35,415 nucleotides of DNA from Octopus bimaculoides (taxonomy: Eukaryota): positions 812,069 through 847,483 of the forward strand of contig NC_069006.1 of NCBI RefSeq assembly GCF_001194135.2. The letters run 5' to 3'. The notes below the pieces were generated by a model. The model searched no databases and was not told the DNA's origin. It worked only from the letters and a program-made list of their open reading frames with translations. The position numbers and the translations under genes are program-made. Positions 1 to 12,124 of the stretch are shown piece by piece; positions within the stretch are counted from its first letter, which is position 1; each line of letters begins with the position of its first letter.

Positions 1-39
1 CATGGAAAGCAGACGTTAAACGACGACGACGACGACGAT
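1..39 (+). repeat. 3' tail of RTE-type LINE/SINE (catggaaagcagacgttaaa + (CGA)n)
   Basis: Same terminal motif as at 2127-2190 (minus), 13118-13147 and 30765-30800; truncated by the window start. Confidence 0.7.
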
Positions 40-257
40 TGAATATATGAAATATTGAGTATTAAATATATAAGGACTAGTATACTTTCCTGCCTCATGG
101 CAGGCATCTGACAGATATATATAAAAAGATAAAATAGGTTAAAAAAACTACAGAAGGCTTGTTTTATAGTTTTATGGTAGACACAATATCTTCAACCAAT
201 AACATCACAATATTGAATACTGAGAGATGTCTTCAATAATAATAATAATAATAATAA

Positions 258-464
258 AAGGGGCATTGGGAACTATCCGGAAGGATTTGAACAAACGGAT
301 AGAGGAAACAGACATAAAACCGAGTTCAGTGCAGCCCCAGAAAACAGTGCTATTAAGGACAGCTAGGATACTTAGGAAGGTTCTTGGCATGTAAGGTTAC
401 TTGTTGTAGCCTTAAGTTGGGGATGCTTTCCCCCCCAATGTTCTAATCTGTTGTGCATATATGA
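258..464 (+). mobile_element. 5'-truncated R4/Dong-like (RLE-clade) non-LTR retrotransposon 3' end inside (TAA)n
   Basis: 260-394 translates GALGTIRKDLNKRIEETDIKPSSVQPQKTVLLRTARILRKVLGM*, matching the GALG...QK..LL.TA.ILR.VL C-terminus of R4/Dong ORFs. About 70 bp of 3' UTR follow. Flanked by (TAA)n at 235-257 and 465-496. Confidence 0.7.
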
Positions 465-497
<33 letters not shown>

Positions 498-562
498 GGT
501 AACATTAGCAATAGAAATTTTAAAATAATAACAAGGAGATTCTTATTGCGAAGCAGCCTTAC

Positions 563-626
563 CTGCCGGACAAGCTTCTAAATTCTTTTTGCATTTTGAA
601 TTGTAACTTCCAGCAATCATGATGGC
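563..626 (-). CDS. Candidate 64-nt internal exon of an unidentified gene
   Basis: Acceptor ttattttcttttgtag|G and donor CAG|gtaagg in non-repeat sequence. Two frames are open (AIMIAGSYNSKCKKNLEACPA or HHDCWKLQFKMQKEFRSLSG). No homology recognised. Confidence 0.4.
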
Positions 627-929
627 CTACAAAAGAAAATAATAATAGTAATAATAAACAAGCTGTTTGCTAATAAAAGTCGATATCAATGTTAGTAGTT
701 CATTTCACTGGTCACACTTTTTATTATGCAGAGGAAGAAGGGAGAAAGAGAGAGAGTATAAGATATAGAGAGAGCTAACAAGAGGAACAGGGTGTGTGTA
801 CATACTAGGCTTAGTGGCAGACAATGAGTAAACGAAAGCTATACACACACAGAGACTGACAAAGAAAGAATCATAGAGGGCAGAGGAGGAGGAAAGGCAG
901 TAAATGGGAAGAGTTATAGAAATCCTTTT

Positions 930-1043
930 TCCTTTTATTTCTTCCACTCATTTTGACTGCAGCCATACTGGAGCACCGCCTTGAAGGGTTTTAATCGAAC
1001 AAATCAACCCCAGGACTTATTTCTTAAGCTTAGTACTTATTCT
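930..1043 (-). mobile_element. SINE family A, 3' tail fragment
   Basis: Reverse complement matches the tail at 2916-3126 and 21130-21335 (gaataagtact...ggtgctccag.atggc.gcagtcaaa). Confidence 0.7.
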
Positions 1044-1251
1044 AGAAAGTGGGCAGGAGGTAGGGGTCACTGATTATGCTGATCCATCAATACATGACTG
1101 GTACTTTAATTTTTGGAGTTCCGAGTGATGAGGAGCTTAACCTAACATCAGCAAGGTTAGGACATCAATAGATCACATACGTAAGGGGCAGAGTTGCTGA
1201 TACACATACAAATATCACACACGCTGTATACCTCTCTCTCTTGCATATACG

Positions 1252-1299
<48 letters not shown>

Positions 1300-1399
1300 A
1301 AAGAAAAAGAAAGAGAATTTTGGATTGGATAATTATTTATTTAGCTCTTTCATTTCGTTTCTCTTTGAAATGAGATGAAAGCATTCAATAAATAATTAA

Positions 1400-1573
1400 T
1401 CATGAATTAAGCAAGCATTATCTCATGGCTTTGAGATTTCATGATGTGATTGTTCTTGTCTTGAATGACATCGTTAGGCAGGTGTGAGAGGCCAATTCCG
1501 GTCTGAATGAACATAAAACAGGTAAAAAAAAATCTAGGGTCAGAAAAGGTCAGTTTAAATGCTAAAGGGTTAA
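1400..1573 (+). mobile_element. piggyBac-like MITE, right half
   Basis: Ends atgctaaaggg-TTAA (1559-1573); internal sequence matches 31318-31521. Confidence 0.65.
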
Positions 1574-1729
1574 TATATAAAATCTGTAGGCTACTTCAAA
1601 CAATCTATACACACATATATACAAACATATCACATGGGACAAGGTGATGAAGCATGGTCGTTGGATGACAAGTGACTGAGACTTTTGGTGATTTCCTATG
1701 CTTGAGAAGACGCATCAAACTAAGTGAGA

Positions 1730-1953
1730 TCGTAGTCATGGCCAGCGTTGGTGACATATAAATGGCACTTGTGCCAGTGACATGCAAAAGGCACCCACTA
1801 CACTCTTGGAGTGGTTGGCATTAAGGTTATTCTAATTGTAGAAACCAAGCCAAACCAGACTGGGACCCGGTACAACTCTCCAGTTTACCAGTCAAGTTAA
1901 ACCATCTAACCCAAACCAGCATGGAAAACAGACACTAAATGATGATGATGATG
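1730..1953 (+). mobile_element. Short element carrying the RTE-type 3' tail, ending in (GAT)n
   Basis: gagtggttggcatta...cagcatggaaaacagacactaaatgatgatgatg, homologous to the reverse complement of 2127-2296. Confidence 0.65.
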
Positions 1954-2089
1954 GCTTGACTATGTGGAAAGATGCTTGCTTCCCAACCACATGGTTCTGG
2001 TTTTAGTTCTACTGCATGGCACCTTGAGCAGGAGTCTTCTACTAGAGTCCTCAGGTCAACCAAAGCCTTGTGAGTGGATTTGGTAGACG

Positions 2090-2091
<2 letters not shown>
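1953..2091 (+). mobile_element. SINE family A head (tRNA-like region + ccttg(g/a)gca.g box)
   Basis: Homologous to 34940-35100, 20985-21115 and 29970-30125; runs into (TA)n. Confidence 0.7.
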
Positions 2092-2126
<35 letters not shown>

Positions 2127-2159
<33 letters not shown>

Positions 2160-2885
2160 GTTTAACGTCCGCTTCCCATGCTAGCATGGGTTGGACGATT
2201 TGACTGAGGACTGGTGAAACCAGATGGCAACACCAGGCTCCAATCTAATTTGGCAGAGTTTCTACAGCTGGATGCCCTTCCTAACGCCAACCACTCNNNN
2301 NNNNNNNNNNNNNNNNNNNNNNNNNNNNNNNNNNNNNNNNNNNNNNNNNNNNNNNNNNNNNNNNNNNNNNNNNNNNNNNNNNNNNNNNNNNNNNNNNNNN
2401 NNNNNNNNNNNNNNNNNNNNNNNNNNNNNNNNNNNNNNNNNNNNNNNNNNNNNNNNNNNNNNNNNNNNNNNNNNNNNNNNNNNNNNNNNNNNNNNNNNNN
2501 NNNNNNNNNNNNNNNNNNNNNNNNNNNNNNNNNNNNNNNNNNNNNNNNNNNNNNNNNNNNNNNNNNNNNNNNNNNNNNNNNNNNNNNNNNNNNNNNNNNN
2601 NNNNNNNAAGAGCCAGTCCAGGGGCACTGGCAACGATCTCGCTCGAAAATCCTACGAAGGCCAGTCAGGTGGTACTGGCAACGGCCACGCTCAAAATGGT
2701 GCATCTTATGTGCCACCCGCACAAGAGCCAGTCCAGGGGCACTGGCAACGATCTCACTTGGCTTGCCGGGTCTTCTCACGCACAGCACATTTCCAAAGGT
2801 CTCGGTCAGTAGTCATCGCCTCGATGAGGCCCAATGTTCGAAGGTCTTGCCTCACCACCTCAGCCCAAGTCTACCTCTTCCATGG
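2127..2885 (-). mobile_element. RTE-clade LINE 3' end (ORF C-terminus + 3' UTR + (GAT)n tail), spanning a gap
   Basis: 2870-2754 translates TWAEVVRQDLRTLGLIEAMTTDRDLWKCAVREKTRQAK*, the RTE W...V..DL......A/T.DR..W pattern. UTR with repeated hairpins; (GAT)n tail at 2127-2160; N-gap at 2297-2607. Confidence 0.75.
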
Positions 2886-2915
2886 GTGTATATATATATA
2901 TATATATATATAGAT

Positions 2916-3126
2916 ATCTGTGTCTTTGTGTCTGTCACTCCACTATCGCTTGACAACACATGGTGGTGTGTTTATGACCTCATAACTTAGCGCTTCGGCA
3001 AAAGTGACCGATGGAATAAGTAACAAGGCTTACAAAGAATAATTCCTGGGGTCGATTTCTTTGACTAAAACCCTTTAAGTCGGTGCTCCAATATAGCCAC
3101 AGTCAAATGACTGACACAAGTAAAAG
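2916..3126 (+). mobile_element. SINE family A 3' tail
   Basis: gcttgacaac...ttcggcaaaag.gaccgat.gaataagt...ggggtcgattt...cagtcaaatgactga, seen in several copies in the window. Confidence 0.7.
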
Positions 3127-3144
3127 TACATATATGTGAGTGTG

Positions 3145-3400
3145 TGTGTGTTTGGTTTCAATTCCCAGACCAGGCACTGTGTTGTGTTCGTGAGCAAAGC
3201 ACTTCATTTCACGTTGATCTGCAATCATTTCATCATCTGACATGTGGCAGCCATTGCACCTGTACAGGTAATGTCAATTTGATGGCGGGAGTAAGCTTAT
3301 GTCTGCACAAACATTTGATCATTATAAAACAAATTATCTGTGTGGTTATTCGGTAAGAAATTGTCGAACCTTCATACATCATCTAACGATGGGAGAGTCC
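3145..3400 (+). mobile_element. Degenerate tRNA-derived SINE related to family C
   Basis: B-box-like gtttcaattccc followed by tgtgttgtgttcgtgagcaaagcacttcatttcacgttg, similar to 34360-34405. Confidence 0.5.
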
Positions 3401-4559
3401 GTCATATATACATATATATAAATATATNNNNNNNNNNNNNNNNNNNNNNNNNNNNNNNNNNNNNNNNNNNNNNNNNNNNNNNNNNNNNNNNNNNNNNNNN
3501 NNNNNNNNNNNNNNNNNNNNNNNNNNNNNNNNNNNNNNNNNNNNNNNNNNNNNNNNNNNNNNNNNNNNNNNNNNNNNNNNNNNNNNNNNNNNNNNNNNNN
3601 NNNNNNNNNNNNNNNNNNNNNNNNNNNNNNNNNNNNNNNNNNNNNNNNNNNNNNNNNNNNNNNNNNNNNNNNNNNNNNNNNNNNNNNNNNNNNNNNNNNN
3701 NNNNNNNNNNNNNNNNNNNNNNNNNNNNNNNNNNNNNNNNNNNNNNNNNNNNNNNNNNNNNNNNNNNNNNNNNNNNNNNNNNNNNNNNNNNNNNNNNNNN
3801 NNNNNNNNNNNNNNNNNNNNNNNNNNNNNNNNNNNNNNNNNNNNNNNNNNNNNNNNNNNNNNNNNNNNNNNNNNNNNNNNNNNNNNNNNNNNNNNNNNNN
3901 NNNNNNNNNNNNNNNNNNNNNNNNNNNNNNNNNNNNNNNNNNNNNNNNNNNNNNNNNNNNNNNNNNNNNNNNNNNNNNNNNNNNNNNNNNNNNNNNNNNN
4001 NNNNNNNNNNNNNNNNNNNNNNNNNNNNNNNNNNNNNNNNNNNNNNNNNNNNNNNNNNNNNNNNNNNNNNNNNNNNNNNNNNACACACACACACACACAT
4101 ATATATACACACGCATTTTTAAGTACACATGTGCATGTGTGTGTATGTATGTTTCTACAAACACATACACACACAATGCATATCATCATACATACACCAA
4201 TATGTATACTCATTCATATTAAAATGCCCCGTATATACTCATATACACAAAATGTGTGTATGTATATAGATATATATATACACACACATGCATATACGAA
4301 AATCCATTCTAGGAAAATCAATATATTCACACAGACACACTTTCTTAGGCTGATTAATCACATTATGATAGCGGTCACTGTATACACCCCACCACCCACA
4401 CATACATGCATACATACAAACACACACACACACATATATATATATACACATATATATACACACACATTTTGTATATTCTCAATGATAAACAAGCATAGGA
4501 GAGAGCATTGATTGGAAAATTAGAATGTGAAGAAGGAAATTCTTCATCATGGCTACATA

Positions 4560-4752
4560 GCAGAGTGAGAGAGAGAGAGAGAGAGAGAGATGAGAGACAG
4601 ACAGTGAGAAAGGCATGCGAGAGTGCAAGAGAGACAGAGGGAGATATACGAGACAGTAAGAGAGGGACAGAGAGAGAGAGGGGACATGTAAGAGAGATAG
4701 ACATGAGAGAAAGAGAGAGGTATGTAAAAGAAAAATAGAGATGTAAAAGTGA

Positions 4753-4787
<35 letters not shown>

Positions 4788-4834
4788 GTAAGATAGAAAA
4801 ACATACAAAACAGAGCAGGAGAAATAGAGATACA

Positions 4835-4877
<43 letters not shown>

Positions 4878-4945
4878 TTAAGAGACAAAGAGAAAGTGAG
4901 GGAGAGACGTGTGTGAGAGAGAGAAAGAGAGAGAGAGAGAGACCA
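4560..4945. repeat. Imperfect (GA)n purine tract
   Basis: Direct inspection. Confidence 0.9.
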
Positions 4946-5937
4946 AATGCCAAGAGGCAAGAACTCTCGCAATCAGAGCAATAAAACAAAATAATAAAAT
5001 CATCGCTGCATGGTCGGAACGGATGAAGACGCACATGGCTGCGGTGTGGATGCTGCATGGATAAAACGAGGCAGAGGTGGGTGGGGGGTGGGGCGGGGCA
5101 GCGCAAACATACTGTAACGGTGTGGGTCAATATAACCTGGTCAGTCGATCGCTGATGGTGAAGATAACATCTAAAAACATCTATGATGTTGTTGTTGTTG
5201 CTGTTGTTGTAGGAAGGTGATGAAGTTGTTTTGATGGATGATATCTGGTTGACATCTGATGGATGGAATGTCATGTGGTACACGGTACATGTCAGATACG
5301 CATACATACATACATACATACATATACACATATATATATATATATATATATATGATATTTATATGGATATATAAGATATGTATAAAGTAGATGGATAGAT
5401 ATCAGCATGGAAAATGGACATATCAATATATGTATGTGTGTGTGTGTGTGTATTTCTACATATATATATCTATAAGTTATATTTACATATATACGTATTT
5501 ATACATATATTTATATATTTACATATATACATATTTACACATATATATTTACATATATATGTATTTATACATATATTTATATATTGCACAAAGATGTACA
5601 TGTAAACCTATTCGTTCGTAATACAACAGTATTGCAAAAGCCTAGAGTACCTTTGGCAAATTTGAAGAGGTACTCCGAATTATACATACATACACATATA
5701 TACATCTATATTTCTTCTTACTTCTCTCTCTCTCTGTATATATATAATACACACCTCATTATCATTATCATGCACGTTCACCTTTTTAACCTGGCATGGG
5801 TCAAGTGGACCGTTTTTGAAAGAGTCTTTTACATCCAAATGCCCTTCCAAGTGCTCTGCCAATTCATTCGTCCACTTCGCAGCATGCATGAATCTTCTAC
5901 TTGTTCTCAAAACCAGGACATGCACACACTAAGTATA

Positions 5938-6205
5938 CAGTATTGCACATTGTCATTTCCTAACATATAAAACAAATACATGTGTGTGCATGTGAAAGAC
6001 AGTGCACCAATATCATTCACCATCATTCACCATCACTCGTCATACAAAGCATACATGTGTGCATATGAGAGTGCACCAGTATAACACATTGTCATCCACC
6101 GTCATTCATCATCACTCATTATCATATAAAACAAATACATGTGAGAGACAGTGCACCAATATTACACATTGTCATTCACCATCATTCATTATCATTCACC
6201 ATCAT
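5938..6205 (+). repeat. About 80-bp degenerate tandem repeat, roughly 3 units
   Basis: Recurring (aaacaa)atacatgtg...gtgcacca.ta...cacattgtcat.cacc.tcattca at about 5968, 6045 and 6127. Confidence 0.7.
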
Positions 6206-7535
6206 CATCATTTAATCTCTGCTTCATGCTGGCATGGGTTGGATAGTTAGTTTGACAAGATCCAACAGGGCCTGAGGACAGTATTATGTTCCAAGCGTTG
6301 TTGGTCAATCAATAACTTGACCAGAGAGTGGTGGTTGTCAGTGCAATGCAATGTGCTGCTCGTCAGTGCATATTTACTTGCCAAAGTCGAGCAATCTGGA
6401 AAAACACCTCAAACATCAGGCAGGCAGTTTGGTTAAACTCTCAGGAAGAAACAAGAGTGATTGAATGTGAAAGAGATTCAAAGGAATTCCTCAAATTTTG
6501 ATATAGAATTGGAGAGCTCAGAGATTGATCCTGAGGTACTCTCAATCACTCCTAAACATCAGATTGTGATATTTTTGGTGGTAATTCTGTTCAAGAATCT
6601 GTTTGTAGAAAACAAATATCACCACTGCAAGTGTATGTGTGAGTGAATATATATATATATATATANNNNNNNNNNNNNNNNNNNNNNNNNNNNNNNNNNN
6701 NNNNNNNNNNNNNNNNNNNNNNNNNNNNNNNNNNNNNNNNNATTATTAGGGACAAAATCCAAAATTACAGGTAAAAAACTCAATTAAAATCAATTTATAA
6801 AAAATTAAAATTAAATTGAGCCTTATAGATAAAGTATATATAAAATATATATAGTTTTAGGGAAAATAACCAATTTTCAAGAACTCATCGATGAAAATCC
6901 ACTATCACATATAGAAAAATTAATATATAATTATATGTTAAAGTGAGATCCAAGTGTAGGAAGTTGGTAAGCTTCTGTCAGTCCGTAGAAGGTATAAGAC
7001 AACTTTCAGGAACAAGAGTGGTTTACTGACATGGAAGGTTGTAAATTTTTCCAATATTGAAGTTCAATCAGCTGAAAAAAAAGCTATTTCATAGTTCCTG
7101 GTTAGCAACTGGAGTTGCTGTGTATGTGATTAAAAAATGCAAATTTAGGGAATGGAGGAGGTAAGATCCAGGGGACATAGGTTTTGTAGCTAGTGTATAT
7201 ACATATGTATATATATATAAAATATTCTTCTAATTATTTTCAGGATCCAACAGAATCAAGGTGTTTTAATAACCAAAGCACCAAGGTAGAATCAGGAATA
7301 GCATACCTGTGTATTTAACAATCCATACTGGACAATAGGTACAGGTAAAACTCATAGTAGAAACAGAATGAAGCCTCTTCTGTTTCAAATAAACAAACTG
7401 TGTGATATTTATTTATGTTCATTGATAAATCCTTTTAGATTATATTATACATACATATACGTGTATATATTGTTGACTTCAGCAATGAAATTACTCGTGC
7501 TGTTGGCAATTTTTTTCTTTCTTTGAACTTTTCCC

Positions 7536-7569
7536 TTTCTAACAAAGAGCTATGCTCGAAACATCAAAA
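7536..7569 (+). ncRNA. Decayed PLE-type minimal hammerhead motif
   Basis: ttt-CTAACAA-A-GAGC-tat-GCTC-GAAAC-ATC-aaa: stem II and GAAAC intact; G5, G8 and G16.2 read as A. Confidence 0.45.
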
Positions 7570-7616
7570 TCTCTCTTTTCTGTTACTGTTAATTTTATTT
7601 TTCGCTTATTTGAATT

Positions 7617-7663
<47 letters not shown>

Positions 7664-8490
7664 AATAAATTTCTACTGGTTTACTGTGAAGTAATAAATT
7701 ACATTACATAAATGTAGAGTATTCATTGAGATAATATAACTTAAAACGCTTCTCCAAATTCTGGTACTCCGAGTTTTACATTTCAGGTCACTCAGCTGGT
7801 AACCCAAGCTTGTTTTCCGTTGAATATATTTTGGAATCTTATATGTAAATATGGAATTTGAAATACTATCAGCAAGTTATGAAGAAAGCACTTATCTGTG
7901 TGTTCTTTCAAAAGAAAGTTGGATGAGTGTCATGTGCAGTGAGACCAACAAGGAAGTGGTGGGGTGGATGTAAACGATATATGGATCGGGAAAAGGGGAG
8001 AATTAAGGCAAATGTAAAAAAACGAAGGGCATGTGGGTGTATGAGTGTGTTAGATCCAACAGAGAATCTTGTTTGTTCCAGTAGTTCCACAGAAATCAAA
8101 GACAGTTCTATTTAGCTAAATCAACACCCCACAGCAACAAGGATATCAAGAATAAATGGTGTAAGAATAAATGGTATCCAAGAAGAAAGCCAAAAGCAAA
8201 TAAATAAAATTATAAAGGAATCTAAATTGAGAATTTCAAAATCTGCAGATAATCTTTCAAGATTGAGTTCTATATTTGGTAAAATGTATTGAAACAAGAT
8301 GAATTCTTGTATTTTGTTGAATTGAATTAATTGATAGAGAATTACGATATAAATGTCTCTTTATTTATAAATAATTAACAATTTAGTTAATTAATATCCA
8401 CAATGAGGAATTCAAAGAGCTCAGGTTTACATCACAAATTTGAAACAAAGCAAAGTGTTTAACAATAATATTGGAGTGTATGTATGTATA

Positions 8491-8561
<71 letters not shown>

Positions 8562-8840
8562 ATATATTGTTCTGTTATTGCTCAGATCAACAAAAGAAGT
8601 TTTATCAGTGGGAGTTATATTTGCATATATANNNNNNNNNNNNNNNNNNNNNNNNNNNNNNNNNNNNNNNNNNNNNNNNNNNNNNNNNNNNNNNNNNNNN
8701 NNNNNNNNNNNNNNNNATATATAATGACCACCACCACAGTCTATGTAACTTGAGGTTTTTTGCCTCTCACTCTCCCTCCTTAATGGTGGAGAGGCAGAAT
8801 AAAGTTAGTACCTGCATGACTAAATGAATACAGTTGGATG

Positions 8841-8871
<31 letters not shown>

Positions 8872-8906
8872 GCTAAACTGGCAATATGACCATCCCCAAG
8901 TACAAC

Positions 8907-8946
<40 letters not shown>

Positions 8947-10744
8947 GTCTGTTTTCTCTTTCTCCTATCTACACCTGCTTGCCTGTTTATCTGAGTATAT
9001 AGGAGTATATAGTGTGTATGTGTGTGTGTGTGTGTACATGTTCGTCTGTGGCAATATCTGTTAGTCGTTGCCGCTCAAACTTCCATCACATCCCCAACCA
9101 GCCCCCAGTTCCTTTTAGAAAAGCAGGTTAACCAATAGCAGACTTAAAAAAATATGCTAGCAAGAACTTGCCAACCTTATAAACAGTGCCAGGTGAACTT
9201 TAAAAAGGTGAACAAACTCTACCCTTCAAATATGTATACACACACATGTTTGAGTGTATATATGTATATATATATATATGTTGAACATATGTGTATATGT
9301 TTCTTTTTTTGCTTATCTACACCAGGTTGCCTGTATATTTGTATGGTGTATATATATATTAATGTGCATGTATATATGTATGCATATATCAATGTGTGTA
9401 TGTGTGTGTATCTGTTATGTTTGTACGTGTTGGTGTATGTGTGTGTAAAGACAGATTTTGGGGTGGGGACAGAATCCAAAAGTGATTTCCAGTTGTGTAA
9501 ACAAGGTCCGCCGGTAACTCAATGAACCCTTTGACACTTCAGGGAACTTGGTAGTATTATGTTTGTTTTTGTGTTTTTTGAAAATGATCCTAAAATTTTC
9601 AACAGATATCAGATATTCTGTACATATATATATATATGTGTGTGTATGTATATATATAATTTCTTAGCATATGTATTTGTGTGTAATTATGAGTATACGT
9701 GTGTGTGTGAGTAAGAGATGTCTGTGAATGGAGAGGAGAACAACGATATCAGCAAATGTAAAAATATTTTTTCTGTTGAAAATGGGATTTTTTAAAGTAG
9801 GGGGGTGGGGCCTTACTCCTGATGAAATAAACAGAGAGCTATCTAGAGTTCAAACTATAATCGAAGAGGAAAAGGACAAACAAGATGTAATGTTAAAAGA
9901 GAGAAACAGACAGACAGACAGAAAAAAAGAGAGAAAGGGAGAGGAAATTTGGTTGTTATTTCTGGCAAATCAAGCAGCCATAGAAATGCTCCATATGGGG
10001 CCGATAAAAACTCGGTAGTAGATCCAGAATTGTTCCAAGATTGTTGTTGCTGTTGTTGTTGTTGTTGTCAGAAGAGCCAAGACTGCAGAAGATAATATAT
10101 TTGTTTGTCGAATATTATTAATAATAATAATATTACAATTAATACTAATAATAACAATAATAATAATAACATCCAATTGAATTTCTTTTTTTTGTTTGTT
10201 TTGCTCTTTTGTTTGTTTTTTTGGTTGTTTTTTTTTTACCCCCCTTGTTTTGTATTTTCACAGAATTCCTATGAACGAAGTCGTTTGGTGTTTCTTTCAA
10301 TTACCATTCAATTGTCTGGGAATATTTCTTAAATTGGGACAACGTTTTGAAACCTCGAATGGTAGTCAAATGTCGCTTATCAAAAATTTGCCAAATTCTG
10401 GAATCTCACGTGAGCAGCAGATCCAAAGAATGAATGAAGAAGACTGGAGAAGATAAAAACGTGAACGTCAGAGACGACGATGACGGCAACAATGATGACA
10501 ACAACGATGAACTGTAATAATTACTGTAATAATAATAATAATCTCATAATTTCTCAATAATTGTTGTTGTTATAGTTGTTTTTGTTGTTCTTTGTGTGAT
10601 TTGTTTGTTTTATTGCTGTTTTCGTTTGTGCTAATTTCTTGTTTTTTTGGCTTAAAATATCTCTAAATAGAAAATGAAAAGGGAAAACACTCCGAAACAC
10701 GCAACACGCCGCGATGCTTAGAGTGTATATATGACACAAGCTGA

Positions 10745-11197
10745 CACTAGAGAGAGAGAGAGAGAGAGAAGGAGAGAGAGAGAGAAAGAGAGAGGGAGAG
10801 GGAGGTTCGGGGATAAAAGTTTCACCACCCTCTCTGATAATAATGATGATGATGATGATGGGATAATAATGTAATAGATCTAAGTGTAGGCGTGAGCCCA
10901 AAATTAAAGCAATAGNNNNNNNNNNNNNNNNNNNNNNNNNNNNNNNNNNNNNNNNNNNNNNNNNNNNNNNNNNNNNNNNNNNNNNNNNNNNNNNNNNNNN
11001 GGTGGCCATGCAGATTAGTAGAGAGGCGATTAAGTGGGAGAGAAGGAGAGAGAGAGAGAGAGAGAAGGAGGGAGAGAGGGAGGGAGGGAGAGAATGTAGA
11101 GGGTGAAATGGTGTGAGAGATAGCGAGAGAGAGGGAAAAGGGAAAGGAGTGAGAGAGAGAGAAAGACAGACTGAGAGGGAGAAGAGTACGATATGAT

Positions 11198-11228
<31 letters not shown>

Positions 11229-11400
11229 TGAGAAAGAGAGAGAGAGTGAGAAAGAGAAAACTGAATTGCGGAAAGGAGACAGACAGGGCAAAGGGAGGAG
11301 AGAGAGTGAGAGGGAAAGACAGATAGAGAAAAAGAGAGTGACACAGTGACATAGAGGAGAGGAGAGAGAAAGAGAAAATACAATAAAATAAAAAAAGACA
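10745..11400. repeat. Imperfect (GA)n purine tracts with a gap
   Basis: Direct inspection. Confidence 0.85.
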
Positions 11401-11731
11401 AGAGTAAAAGAAAACGAAAACCCCCCCCCCGACACCAAAAAGAACAAAAAAAAAACAACAACTAAAAAAGTGGGAGATTAAGAGTGAAATCAACGATAAT
11501 CTTGATGTAGGAGAAGGATTATCTCTTGTTGTAAGTTTAAACCTGTTTGTTAAACAAACACAGGCAATTAAACACATTGACGATTAAAGCTGGTTTGAAG
11601 GAGCACCACCACCACAACCACCACCACTCGACCACCACCGACTGATACTCCAACATGTTTCAGACCATCCACCGACCGACCATCCTCCCCCTCCTCATTA
11701 CCTGCAGCAGCAATAACAATAACATTGTTTG

Positions 11732-11767
<36 letters not shown>

Positions 11768-11860
11768 GTACTGCCTGATACAACACTCCTTAACACACCT
11801 CCACCCCAAACAAAATTACACCATGTCAAATATATATTTATTATATCTCTGTCATGTCAG

Positions 11861-11910
<50 letters not shown>

Positions 11911-12024
11911 TATAAATGTACACATGTATATGAATCTCTCTCACATATATATCATATATATACACACACACACACACACACAAATATATATATATATATA
12001 TATACACACATGACCTATATACAT

Positions 12025-12065
<41 letters not shown>

Positions 12066-12124
12066 GATTGTATTTAGACACGCATATACGAACATACACG
12101 TACAGGCATGACAATGACCTCTCG

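Noticed and set aside
425-470. Weak similarity between the R4/Dong 3' UTR end and the SINE-B 3' end (ttgtgc.tata.t.gaaa)
   Set aside because: Too short and gapped, and the tails use opposite strands of the TAA repeat; not evidence of partnership on its own.
2162-4213. Long ORFs of 200-276 aa in the track
   Set aside because: They read through N-gaps; the same applies to 21249-22040 and 27343-28282.
5075-5100. G-run cluster with G-quadruplex potential
   Set aside because: Within low-complexity sequence and with no functional context.
4375-5331. 318-aa and other SL/ER/HT/YI/VC-rich ORFs throughout the window
   Set aside because: Translations of (GA)n, (CA)n and (TA)n microsatellites, which lack stops in several frames.
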